Shown here: piece after piece, positions 51,880-64,000 of the stretch
How the letters are laid out: every line of letters starts with the position of its first letter
How positions within the stretch are numbered: position 1 is the stretch's first letter
Notes under the pieces: generated by a model
Databases searched by the model: none
What the model saw: the letters and a program-made list of their open reading frames with translations, nothing else
What the model was told of the DNA's origin: nothing
Made by a program: the position numbers and the translations under genes
Assembly: GCF_026210795.1 (NCBI RefSeq)
Contig: NC_089434.1
Span: 3,286,001 to 3,350,000 of the forward strand
Direction of reading: 5' to 3'
Length of the DNA: 64,000 bases
Source of the DNA: Rhizophagus irregularis
Lineage: Eukaryota

Positions 51880-54800
51880 TTTTTTTTTGTTCTCTCAAAT
51901 AATTTCTCTATAAAGAAAAAGTATATTAACTAATGAAAACCATAGAAGAAAATTATTTAAAGAAAAAAAAATAATGAATATTTTTTTTTATTAAAAAATT
52001 CTCTAAAGCGACTTTTTATAATTTTTTTTTATTATTTAAACATTTATTTCCTAATATATTAATTTTCAACTCAGATAAATATTTTATTTTATTTTTTTTT
52101 ATTATTTTTTTTTATTTTATATTATTTTATTTATTTTTGGCTTATCAATTTCATTATTCCGAGTCATATCTGAGACAAGTTACCGTAGATCGAATTATAC
52201 CGAATATCATTGTTCTGAACAAATTTTATTTTAAAAAATTATTGTGTCAAATGCAAATGCAAGTTTTTATTTATGGAAATATACTCGCAAGCTTCACGAG
52301 CAAAAATATCGCATGGCGCTTAATTGTCACACAATAATTGCATCCCAATAACTAAAACCAAATTAATTGAATTATACATAGTTTATTTATGCATTGTGAA
52401 ACTATATTTTCAATAAGATTATTCATTTTTTATTGTTTTCTATCCCCATAGAAAAGATATACTAATGGAAATTGTAGAAGAATTTATTAAAATAAATAAA
52501 TAATATATATCTTCTTTTTAAAAATATCCTACAAAGCGATTTTTTTATAATAAAATTTTTTTCGGATACAGTATATAATTTTTCTAATATATTGATTTTC
52601 AGCTCTTTTTTCATTATATTCAAGAAGTTGATCTAGATCATATTGATTATGATGGTAATTTGTCGTTAAAAAAATTTTTTATATCAAATCAATCAAATCA
52701 TTATGTACGAGACCCTACCGAAAAAAATTTTTAATTTAACTGAAACTTGAAAAGGAGTTAAACATCCGTTGTATGATTAAGTTACTAAATTTGGATGTAA
52801 TTTAGTAACGCCAATCAGTAATTAAGTACGAAAAAATTAATGCTACAACGAATTTTATTAGTTAAATCTGAGTAAATGATTTCCAGATTATTGTATAACA
52901 TTCTAATTAAATGGAATTTTTCGTCCGAAAAAAAAAATCAATTAAGGTTCAAAAAAATTTTCTTTATTATGCGTTCCTTTTGTTATCTGCTTATGATGAT
53001 AATGGATAAAATCATATTATTGAAGGATCACAGCAAAGGCAGGTGCAACAAAGGGATGGACTTTTATCATCAACATATTTCCGGCTCGCATAGTTATAAT
53101 TTCCTTTTTTAAAAAGTCTTTTAAATTATATATTGTAATTTGTTATACCTGACAAATGAAATCAATGTTCTCATTATAACTAGATTTAGAAATATTAAGT
53201 AACACTTTTATTATATATAACGAGCCCAAAAATTTAATGCGTTATTTCTATAAACTGTTATCATTGGTCCTCAAGTTAGGCCGGTACTAGTCCTGAGTAA
53301 AGAAACTCTTTACTCAATAAATTACAAACTTATGATATAGTAAAAAGCTTTTCGGATGAGCAACTTATGTGAAAAAACCTGGATCATCCATCACCCATTT
53401 AGCAATTTGCTGTTCCGAAAGCATTACCAAATTTAGAGTAAACTAAATCTAAGCCATTATATTTTTTATAACCCGATAACTTTTTGTCAGCACTATACTA
53501 AAAAATAATTTTCTATTTATTTTATTACAAAAAATATTTAGTTTCTAATATGTTAATTTCACAATTCGGATTGTTATGTCACTTTGTTCCCTGAGTCATA
53601 TCTGAGTAAGTGTAACAAGTTAGATCGAATTATATCAAATATCATTGTTCTGTTAAAAGAAAATTACCAAATTCAGCAAAGAAACAAATTTCATTTAAAA
53701 ATTTATTTAATGTTAATGTCAAATGCAAATGCGCTTAATTGTTACACAATAAGCTACAATAAGTATAATAAATATCTAAGCCGAATTAATTGAAATTATA
53801 ATAATGATTGATTATTATTCAGTTATTTATGTATTGTGAAACTATATCTCATTTCTCAATAAGATTATTCATTTTTTATTGTTTTTCAAAATAATTTCCC
53901 CATAAAGAAAAGATATACTAATGAAAATCGTAAAAGAATAAATATTATTAAAATAAATAATTAATAATATATGAATAATATATGTATTCCTTTAAAAAAA
54001 ATCATACAAATCGATTTTTTTATAATAAATTTTTTTTCGGATCATATACATAATTTCCTGATATATTATTGAATTCCATCTCTTTTTTTTTCGTTATATT
54101 CCGAGTAAAATTAAGAAGTATGATGGTAATTTGTCTTTAAGAAAATTTTTTTTTTAAAAAAAATTTTTTCATATCGAATCAACCAAATCATTATGCATGA
54201 GAAATTATTCTCTACCGAAAAAATTTTTAATTTAATTGAAACTTGAAAGGAGTTAAATATCCGTTATATGATTAAATTACTAAATTTTGGATGTAACTTA
54301 GTAACGCCAATCAAGCACTAATCAAGTACGAAAAAAAATTAATGCTATAACGGATTTTGTTATCAAGAATTAAATCCGAGTAAATAAAGATTTCCCGATT
54401 ATTATTTAACCTAAATGGAATTTTTCGTCCGAAAAAAAAACAATTAAGGTTCAAAAGAAATTTCTTTATTATGCATTCCTTTTATTATCTGCTTATGATG
54501 ATAACAGATAAAATCATATTATTGAAGGATCACAGCGGAGGCAGGTGCAACAAAGAGAAGAACTTTTATCATCAACTTGTTTCTGGCTTATGTAGTTATA
54601 ATTTCCTTTTTAAAAAAATAATATGATTGTAATTTGTAAGTGAACTTTTAAATGAAAATCAATGACTACCAAATTTAGAGTAAATTAAATCTAAGCCATT
54701 ATGCAACAATTGCATCATGTCAATCAATATATGGTTTAGAATTTTATTAAATCCGGTTAAGTTAGTTTGGTTGATTGGTTTGTGAAATTTTTTTTTCTTT

Positions 54801-57800
54801 GTCCGATAACAAATCAAAGTAAAATTTTGTTTTACTATACGGTAATTTAGTAATTAATATTTTATGTATTATCGTTCCTTTTGTCATCCGTTTTTAACAA
54901 TGAAAAAACAAACTCCTGAATTAGATCTGAGTAAATTTAGGAATACTCCTCGTAATATATATATATATATTTTATTTTTTAAAAAAAAAATTTTATTTAT
55001 TTTATTACAAATCATATATTTAGTTCCTAATATATATAATAATTTCAACACTTTTTTTTTTGCTATGTCACTTTATTCCCGAGTCATATCTGAGTAAATT
55101 AACAAATTATACCGAATAACATTACTTTGTTTAAGAAAATTACCAAATTAAGCAAAGAAGCAAATTTTATTTTGATGTTTATTTATGAAAATATACAACA
55201 TAGCCACATTTGATATTTGGCGCAAAAATATTGTATGATCGCTTTAATTGTCACACAATCATAATTGTCTCCCTTACGATTAAATACCTAAATAATTAAA
55301 ATTAATTGAAACTTTAATAATGAATAAATGGAATTCCCCAATATCCATGAATAATTATATTTTTATTCAAGTTATTTATGTACTGTATTGTGAAACTATA
55401 TCTTATTCTCAATAAGATTATTCGGTTTGTATTGTTTTCTTACAAAATAATTCTTACAAAATAATTTCTCCATAAAGAAAAGATATACTAATGAAAAATA
55501 TTATTAAAATAAATAACTAATAATATATGAATAATATATGTATTCCTTTAAAAAAAAAAATCCTACAAAGTAATTTTTTATAATAAAATTTTTTTTTCGA
55601 ATCATATATATAATTTCCTGATATATTATTAATTTTCAAGTCTTTTTCGTTATATTCGAATATGATGGTAATTTGTCATTAAGAAAATTTTTTTTTAAAA
55701 ATTTTTTTCATATCGAATCAATCAAATCATTATGCATGAGAAATTATTCTCTACGTAAAAAAATTTTTTAATTTAATTGAAACTTGAAAGGAGTTAAATA
55801 TCCGTTATATGATTAAGTTACTAAATTTGGATGTAACTCAATCAATAATCAAGTACGAAAAAAATTAATGTTACAACGAATTTTATTATCACGAGTTAAA
55901 ATCTGAGTAAATTTTAATAGTAATTTCTAGTTTATTGTTTAACACTTTAAATGGAATTTTTCATCTGAAAAAAAAATCAATTAAGGTTCAAAAAAATTTC
56001 TTTATTATGCATTCCTTTTGTTATTTGCTTATGATGATGGATAAAATCATATTATTAAAGGATCACAGCAAAGGCAGGTGCAACAAAGGGATGGACTTTT
56101 ATCATCAACTTGTTTCTGGCTTATGTAGTTATAATTTCCTTTTTAAAAAAGTCTTAAAATAATATGATTGTAATTTGTAAGTGAACTTTTTAACTATAAA
56201 TGAAAATCAATGACTAATCCAAAATTTTAATCATTTTACTGTAGACCTGAGTAAAGAAAAATCTTATTTAGAATTTATCGAATCTAATTCAGAATAAATC
56301 ATCCCGATTAGTGATTTGTTGTTTATTTAATTTATGTTAAATAGAATGAAGCATTACCAAATTTAGAGTAAATTAAATCTAAGCCATTATGCAACCAACA
56401 ATTGCATCATGTCAATCAATATATGGTTAAGAATTTTATTAAATCCGGTTAAGTTAGTTTGGTTGTTTGGTTGTTTGGTTGTTTGAATTTCAACTCTTTT
56501 TTTTTTTGCCATGTCACTTTGTTCCCGAGTGGTCGAGTCATATCTGAGTAAATTAACAAATTATACCGAATAACATTGTTTTGTTTAAGAAAATTACCAA
56601 ATTCAGCAAAGAAGCAAATTTTATTTTGATGTTTATTTGAAAATATACAACATAGCCACATTTGATATTGATGCATGGTCGCTTTAATTGTTACACAATA
56701 ATTGTCTCTCTTACGATTAAATATTTAAATTAAAATTATTGAAACTTTAATAATGAATGAATAGAATTCCCCAATATATATATTCATATTATTCAATATA
56801 TAATTTATTTATGCATTGTGAACTACATGTATACCTCAATTTTCAATAAGATTATTCGGTTTGTATTGTTTTCTTACAAAATAATTTCTCCATAAAGAAA
56901 AGATATACTAATGAAAAATCGTAAAAGAATATTATTAAAATAATATATTCCTTTAAAAAAAAATCCTATGATGGTAATTTGTCGTTAAGAAAATTTTTTT
57001 TTTAAAATTTTTTTCATATCGAATCAATCAAATCATTATGCATGAGAAATTATTCTCTACTGAAAAAATTTTTAATTTAATTGAAACTTGAAAGGAGTTA
57101 AATATCCGTTATATGATTAAATTACTAAATTTTGGATGTAACATAGTAACGCCAATCAAGCACTAATCAAGTACGAAAAAAATTAATGCTATAACGGATT
57201 TTGTTATCAAGAATTAAATCCGAGTAAATAAAGATTTCCCGATTATTGTTTAACCTAAATGGAATTTTTCGTCTGAAAAAAAAAACAATTAAAGTTCAAA
57301 AGAAATTTCTTTATTATGCATTCCTTTTATTATCTGCTTATGATGATAACAGATAAAATCATATTATTGAAGGATCACAGCGGAGGCAGGTGCAACAAAG
57401 AGAAGAACTTTATCATCAATTTGTTTCTGGCTTATGTAGTTATAATTTCCTTTTTAAAAAAGTCTTTTAAAATCATATGATTGTAATTTGTAAGTGAACT
57501 TTTTAATTGATAAATGAAAATCAATGAAATCAATGACTAATCATTTTATTGTAGACCTGAGTAAAGAAAAATCTTATTTAGAATTTATCGAATCTAATTC
57601 AGAATAAAAACCCTGAACTATCCCTGATTAGTGATTTGTTGTTATTTAACTTGTATATTATATATAATGAAGCATTACCAAATTTAGAGTAAACCAAATC
57701 TAAGCCATTATGCAGCAATTGCAACAATTGCATCATGACAATCAATGTATTCTGAGTCAGATCTGAATCCGGTTAGTTCGGTTAATTGGTTGTCAAATTT

Positions 57801-60800
57801 TCAGTGCGAAAAATCAACTATATAACAAATAAAAGTAAAATTTTGTTTTACTATACTGTAATTTAGTAATATTTTATATATTATCGGACCTTTTATCATC
57901 CATTTCTAACAAAAAAAAAATGTGCACAACAATAGTAAAAAATGAAATAAACTGTTATCAGTTCCCGAATTAGATCTGAGTAAATTTATGAATACTCCTA
58001 GTAAAATATATATATATTTTATTTAAAAAATAATTTTTTATTTATTTTATTACAAATCATATATTTAGTCTTTAATTGTCACACAATAATTGTCTCCCCT
58101 ACGATTAAATACCTAAATTAATATTAATTGAATAGAATTTCCCAATATTCATGAATAATTATATTATTCAATATAATTTATTTATGAATTGTGAAACTAT
58201 ATCTCATTTCTCAATAAGATTAATTATTCATTTTTTATTGTTTTCTTACAAAATAATTTCTCCATAAAGAAAAGATATACTAATGAAAAATCGTAAAAAG
58301 AATATTATTAAGATAAATAACTAATAATATATGAATAATATATGTATTCCTTTAAAAAAAATCCTACAAAGCAATTTTTTATAATAAAATTTTTTTCGGA
58401 CCATATACATAATTTTCTGATATATTATTGATTTCCAAGTCTTTTTCGTTATATTCGAATATGATGATAATTTGTCGTTAAGAAAAATTTTTTTAAAACT
58501 TTTTTTCATATCGAATCAATCAAATCATTATGCATGAGAAATTATTCTCTACCGAAAAAGTTTTTAATTTAATTGAAATTTGAAAAGGAGTTAAATATCC
58601 GTTATATGATTAAATTACTAAATTTGGATGTAATTAGTAACGCCAATCAAGCACTAATCAAGTACAAAAAAAAAATAATTCTATAACAGATTTTGTTATC
58701 ATGAATAAATAACGAATTTCCTGATTATTGTTTAACTTAAATGGAATTTTTTATCTGAAAAAAAAAAAAATAATTAAGGTTCAAAAGAAATTTCTTTATT
58801 ATGCATTCCTTTTATTATTATCTGCTTATGATGATAACAGATAAAATCATATTATTGAAGGATCACAGCGGAGGCAGGTGCAACAAAGAGAAGAACTTTT
58901 ACCATCAATTTGTTTCTGGCTTATGTAGTTATAATTTCCTTTTTAAAACAAGTCTTTTAAAATCATGATTAAATTACTAAATTTGGATGTAATTAGTAAC
59001 GCCAATCAAGCACTAATCAAAGTACAAAAAAAAATTAATTCTATAACGGATTTTGTTATCAAGAATTAAATCTGAATAAATAACGATCTCCTGATTATTG
59101 TTTAACTTAAATGGAATTTTTCGTCCGAAAAAAAAACAATTAAGGTTCAAAAGAAATTTCTTTATTATGCATTCCTTTTATTATCTGTTTATGATGATAA
59201 CAGATAAAATCATATTATTGAAGGATCACAGCGGAGGCAGGTGCAACAAAGAGAAGAACTTTTATCATCAACTTGTTTCTGGCTTATGTAGTTCTTTTAA
59301 AATAATATGATTGTAATTTGAAAGTGAACTTTTATAACTGATAAATGAAAATCAATGACTAAACCAAAGTTTTAATTATTATGCGCGACTTCTAAAAACT
59401 TTTATCATTTGTCTTCAAGTTACACCAGTGTTAGACCTGAGTAAAGAAAAATCGCATTTAAATTTTTAAAATTTTACTCGGATTTAATTTAGAGAACAAT
59501 ACAATAAATTTTTGGAAGAGTCCATTTTTATGTAAAAAAAAGTCTGATTAGTGATTTGTTATTATTTAACTTGTATGTTAAATAGAATGAAGTATTACCA
59601 AATTTAGAGTAAACTAAATCTAAGCCATTATGCAACAATTGCAGCAATTGCATCATGACAATCAATGTATTCTGAGACAGGTCTGAATCCGGTTAGTTTG
59701 GTTGTGAAATTTTTTGCTCATCAGTGCGAAAAATCAATTACAGTATATAACAAATCAAAGTAAAATTTTGTTTTACTAGTAATATTATATATATTATCGG
59801 ACCTTTTATCATCCGTCTCTAGCAATGAAAAAAAAAATGTGCAAATGTGCACAACAATAATAAAAAAAAAGAAATAAACTGTTATCAGTTCCTGAATTAG
59901 ATCTGAGTAAAAGTTGAGAATAAATTCTTTTTGAATAAAATCCTTCTGATTGTAATTTGTTCGTTTTAAGAGAACTGAATTACCAAATTTAGGAGCACTC
60001 CTGAAAAATTTTTTATAAACCGGTTACTTTTTGCCAGCACTGTAAAATATATATATATATTATTTTTTTTTGAAAAAAAAAAATTTATTTATTTTGTTAC
60101 AAATTATATATTTTGGTTCCTAATATATTAATTTCACAACTCAGATGATTACTTTTTTTTTTTGTCTTATCATTTTGTTCCCCAAGTCATATCTGGGTAA
60201 AAAAATTTTTTTTTATACTGAATAAAATGGTAATTAGTTGGAAAGAAAATTAAAATTACCAATATAGCAACGGAAAAATAATTTTTTTTAATCATTCCTT
60301 GACAAAATCCTTTTGTTTAAAAAAAAAAAATTGAATGCTTGTCATACGATTAAATTACAAAATTTAGAAATAATTTAGTAACACCAATAAATACGAAAAA
60401 ATTAATGTCACAAATAAACCTGAGTATGAACTCCGATTATTGTTACTATTGTTTTAACTTGAATGAAATTTGTCATCCCGAAAAAAAAATTGAAAAAAAA
60501 ATCTTTATTATGTATGCTTATTATGTTAACATAATGAAAAAAAAATATTTTTTTTATCATATTTGGAATAATCACGGCAGAGGCAAATAGTTGTACAGTA
60601 ATTTCCTTTTTTAATTAAAAGAATATGATTGTAATTTGTAATTGAAATTTTATAATTATAAAGTAGAAATCAATATTAAATTTTTTTTAGAATCCAGGTA
60701 AGACCCGAGTAAAAAATATCGTATCTGAAGTTCAGATCAAATAGATCTTTTTTTCTGTATCACTTATTCTATCATTTCTATGTAAATCTGATTAGCTTTA

Positions 60801-62130
60801 TTGTGAATTTAACTTGATTGTTAAATGAAATCAACGTTCCGAAAAAAAGGAATTGTCAAATTTGGAATTTGGAGTAAACAAAAAATATTTGATCATTATT
60901 GGCATTTTTTTTACAATAAACTTGTAAGTCGGCGTAAATTAAAGGTCCAAAAAAGTTTGTATTATCATTTCTTTTTATCATCTGCTTCTGATAATGGAAA
61001 AAAAGTATGGACACAGCGACGACAAAGAGAAAATGAACTAATATTGCCAATTTGTTCCCGAATTAAACCTGAGTAATGTCGAGAGCGATTTTTTTTCGTA
61101 ATTTTGTTCTTTTTAAAGATTGCCAAATTTAGAAAACACCCCTGAAAATTTTTTAATAACCATTTTAAATAACTGATAAAATTTTTTTTTTAAAAAAAAA
61201 ATCGCTATAAATTTTATTCATATTATTATTTAGTTCCTAATATATTAATTTTACAACTTGGATAATGAAATTTTTTTAGTCTTATCATTTTGTCTCCGAG
61301 TCATATCTGAGTAAATTTTTTGTTTATACTAATATAATATAATGGTAAATTACCAATTTTAAAAAATTTATTACGCATGTTATGTTATATTTGCATGTGA
61401 TTTCCCGATTAACTTACAATAAATGAAAAAATTAGGTTCAAAAAAAAAATTATGCAATGCGTTCCCTTATTATCTGCAGATAATAATTAAGTGACGAACT
61501 ATTTATCCGATTCCGATAAGTATAATCTCTTTTTTGTAAAAAAGAAGTTGGTAATTTGTAATTAAGTATTATAACAAGTTAAATATTCGTTAACTTTTAT
61601 TATACAGGTCCAAATATTTAATCATTATGCATGCGTAATTTCCATAAATTGTTATCATTCGTTTCCATGTTAGGCCTGATAAAGAAGGATTACATTTAAA
61701 CTTAACTCAGATCTAATACAAACTTCAGATATGCTAAAAAAAAAAAAAAATTTTTTTTTTTTCGGAAGAGATCTATTTTATTTAGTAATTTAATTTGTTT
61801 GAATTTAACAGTTGACTTGAATGTTAAATGGAATCGATATTCCGAAAAAAAGTTACAAAATCTAATCAAAATGTAATCAAATTATCCAAATTTATCTTGT
61901 CAATCATTCACAGAGTCAGGTCTGAGTAGTTAGTGTTATCAATTTTTTTTTTTTTTACAGCAATTGAAAGAGTTTTTAAATGTTTTTTTTTTTATATTAG
62001 TGCTCCGCTTCTGATAACGGAAAAAACATCGTATGGTTACAGCAGGAGATGACTTTTTTATTTTTTAATATAACTCAATTAAATCCGGCTGATTGTAATT
62101 TGCCATATTTAGGGTTACCCCTGAAATTTT
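51880..62130 (+). repeat. Tandem macrosatellite, ~1.4-1.5 kb period
   Basis: The marker gaaggatcacagc..ggcaggtgcaacaaag occurs at ~53022, 54524, 56057, 57369, 58857 and 59220 (the last from a ~360-bp internal duplication); more decayed copies from 60100 to 62130. Confidence 0.9.
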
Positions 62131-62506
62131 TTTTTTTATAAAATACAATTCAAACTATTTTGTTCCTGTAAATTCATTCTTTGAAGTTCCATTAGTTCCA
62201 TTGAGAATATTTTATTAGTGTTACTTCGAATCAAAATAAATGTTATTCGATAATTTTCTTAAGAAAACCTTTACTTTCTATTTAAAGAATGAGTATTAAC
62301 ATTATCAAAATATATATATATTTTTTTTTTTAAAAAAAAAATTATGGTATAGTGCATTATTTTACTTTACCGTTGTTAATTCATAATTCAACCTATAAGG
62401 AACTTTGTCATAAAAAACAAAAGCGCCATAAGTTTAAATTTTTTTATGAAAAAAGGGAACCGAACATAAAAAAAAAGAAACCTTATATAAATTTTTTGAA
62501 AAAGAA

Positions 62507-63720
62507 ATGGATAATCAATCAGTCATTTTAATTAAGTGAAGAATCAATCTCAGCGTGGAAAGAATTTTTATGTTAACTATATGAGAACATTTGCAAACAA
62601 CTATATGAAGAACGGTTTTGGTCCTATCAGTTGATTGCGTTGATTGCGTTGGAAAAAGAAATAGTCTTCTTTTTCAAAATTCAAACAAAGATAATAATTT
62701 GCTTTATGCGTCAAAAAGAAGCGTTTAATTTATGTCATGGCTTACAAATAAATTTCTTGAAAGGAGACTTGAAGGGAGAGACGTCAGAGACGTGAAAAAT
62801 AGCGAAAAAATCAACTGTCGTAAGAGAGGGTTTCTATTCGATTTTTTATGACTGCGGAATATAGCTTGAGTTAAATCAAGAACAAAAATCTTGAACTATT
62901 ATATTTCTAAGTTATCAAAAATTCTCAGATCCTGATTTTATTACTAGGATCGAAATGAATTAACAAATTTATTATTGATGCTGCTCTACAAAGGAGGAGT
63001 AGACTAGAATCTTTCTAAATGCAGTCGACGTTTAATCTCAAGATATCATCATCATCTCTTTGTCTTTTCTGCTTCCTTTTACTGGTTTATTTCACCATAT
63101 AAAATCTTTTCTCAAAAGACAATCACTGCGATAATAATTGCGGTTTGTAAAAATAATAGACAAGATAATGCCCGGATTTCGCCACCATGATCCTTCTGAT
63201 TCTTCGATATTTAGTTTTTTCTTGTGATTTACCGAGTTCTTTTAGGTAAAGAAATTCGATTAATCCATGTGAAGTTTTTCCAAGAGACAGTGGTAACTTC
63301 GTCAATATTAATTATAAAAAGATGATTTAGAGAGATCACAAATTTCAGACATATTTCACTAATTATTATCAAAGATTTTTCAGGATCTTTATGCTAAAGA
63401 TTATTCAAGAAACACCAACTCACTTTATGCACTCAATCAATACTCATTACAACATCAGTATTTTCGATACAGATGACTTCAATTAAGCGTATCATACTTT
63501 GATGTCACCGAAATTGAAATCAAAAGAAATAAGAATTCTTCTGATTGGGAGATACCAGTATTTGATTTGAGCAATTTCCAATTAATACAATTGGATTTTA
63601 ACGTATATATTCAATCGAATATCGGATATATATACCTTGGATGTCTAATTAGGGGTCTATATGTCCGACTGGGCAATGGCCAATTTCTCGACATTATAAT
63701 TTATCGATAATAGAAGACGA
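62507..63720 (+). pseudogene. Decayed coding remnant, family unknown
   Basis: Short protein-like frames (ICKQLYEERFWSYQ; DWEIPVFDLSNFQ) with many stops. Confidence 0.3.
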
Positions 63721-64000
63721 ATCTAATTAGAGATTTAGATATCGTTGGACTAAAAAAGGTATTCTATATTTGCTAAATGCTAATTACTGATCAATATATG
63801 TAGAAAATCTCTAATTTTAAATTTATTAAAGTAAAGGGAACAGGTTTTTTCATATAAATTCTGTAAGATGTAAAAACCGATGTTTATGAACCAATTTTTC
63901 AAAAAATGGTAATCGTTGTATCAAGTTCAGCCGGAAATCTTATTGATCAAATCATCGATGAGAATAACGAGTATAATGATTGTAAAAATATTCCTAAAAG

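Noticed and set aside
52876..59310. Repeated 70-78-aa ORFs (..DKIILLKDHSKGRCNK..) in the macrosatellite
   Set aside because: Starts and stops differ, homopolymer indels break the frame between units, and no family is recognisable.

Overview
Very AT-rich eukaryotic DNA with short GT-AG introns. The gene content (expanded TKL-type kinase, MATA-HMG remnants, Crypton-like recombinase, lineage-specific N/Q-rich family) suggests a Glomeromycotina (Rhizophagus-like) fungal genome; this is inference. Bases 1-47,000 are an array of segmental duplications carrying 6 copies plus 1 remnant of an intronless ~190-aa N/Q-rich gene. The array is interrupted by MITEs (Tc1/mariner, hAT, MULE), mini-Helitrons, a dead MULE transposase and a Crypton-like tyrosine-recombinase element. 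Bases ~51,900-62,100 are a ~1.5-kb-period tandem repeat. The most notable item is only partly visible in the ORF track: an intact, spliced, lysine-free 118-aa Cas2/VapD-like ribonuclease gene (7218-6783, minus). It sits head-to-head with an intact spliced acidic ~150-aa gene (7582-8309, plus), next to the recombinase element, and is a candidate eukaryotic VapD-type toxin-antitoxin module. All family assignments come from motif recognition by eye; no searches were run.
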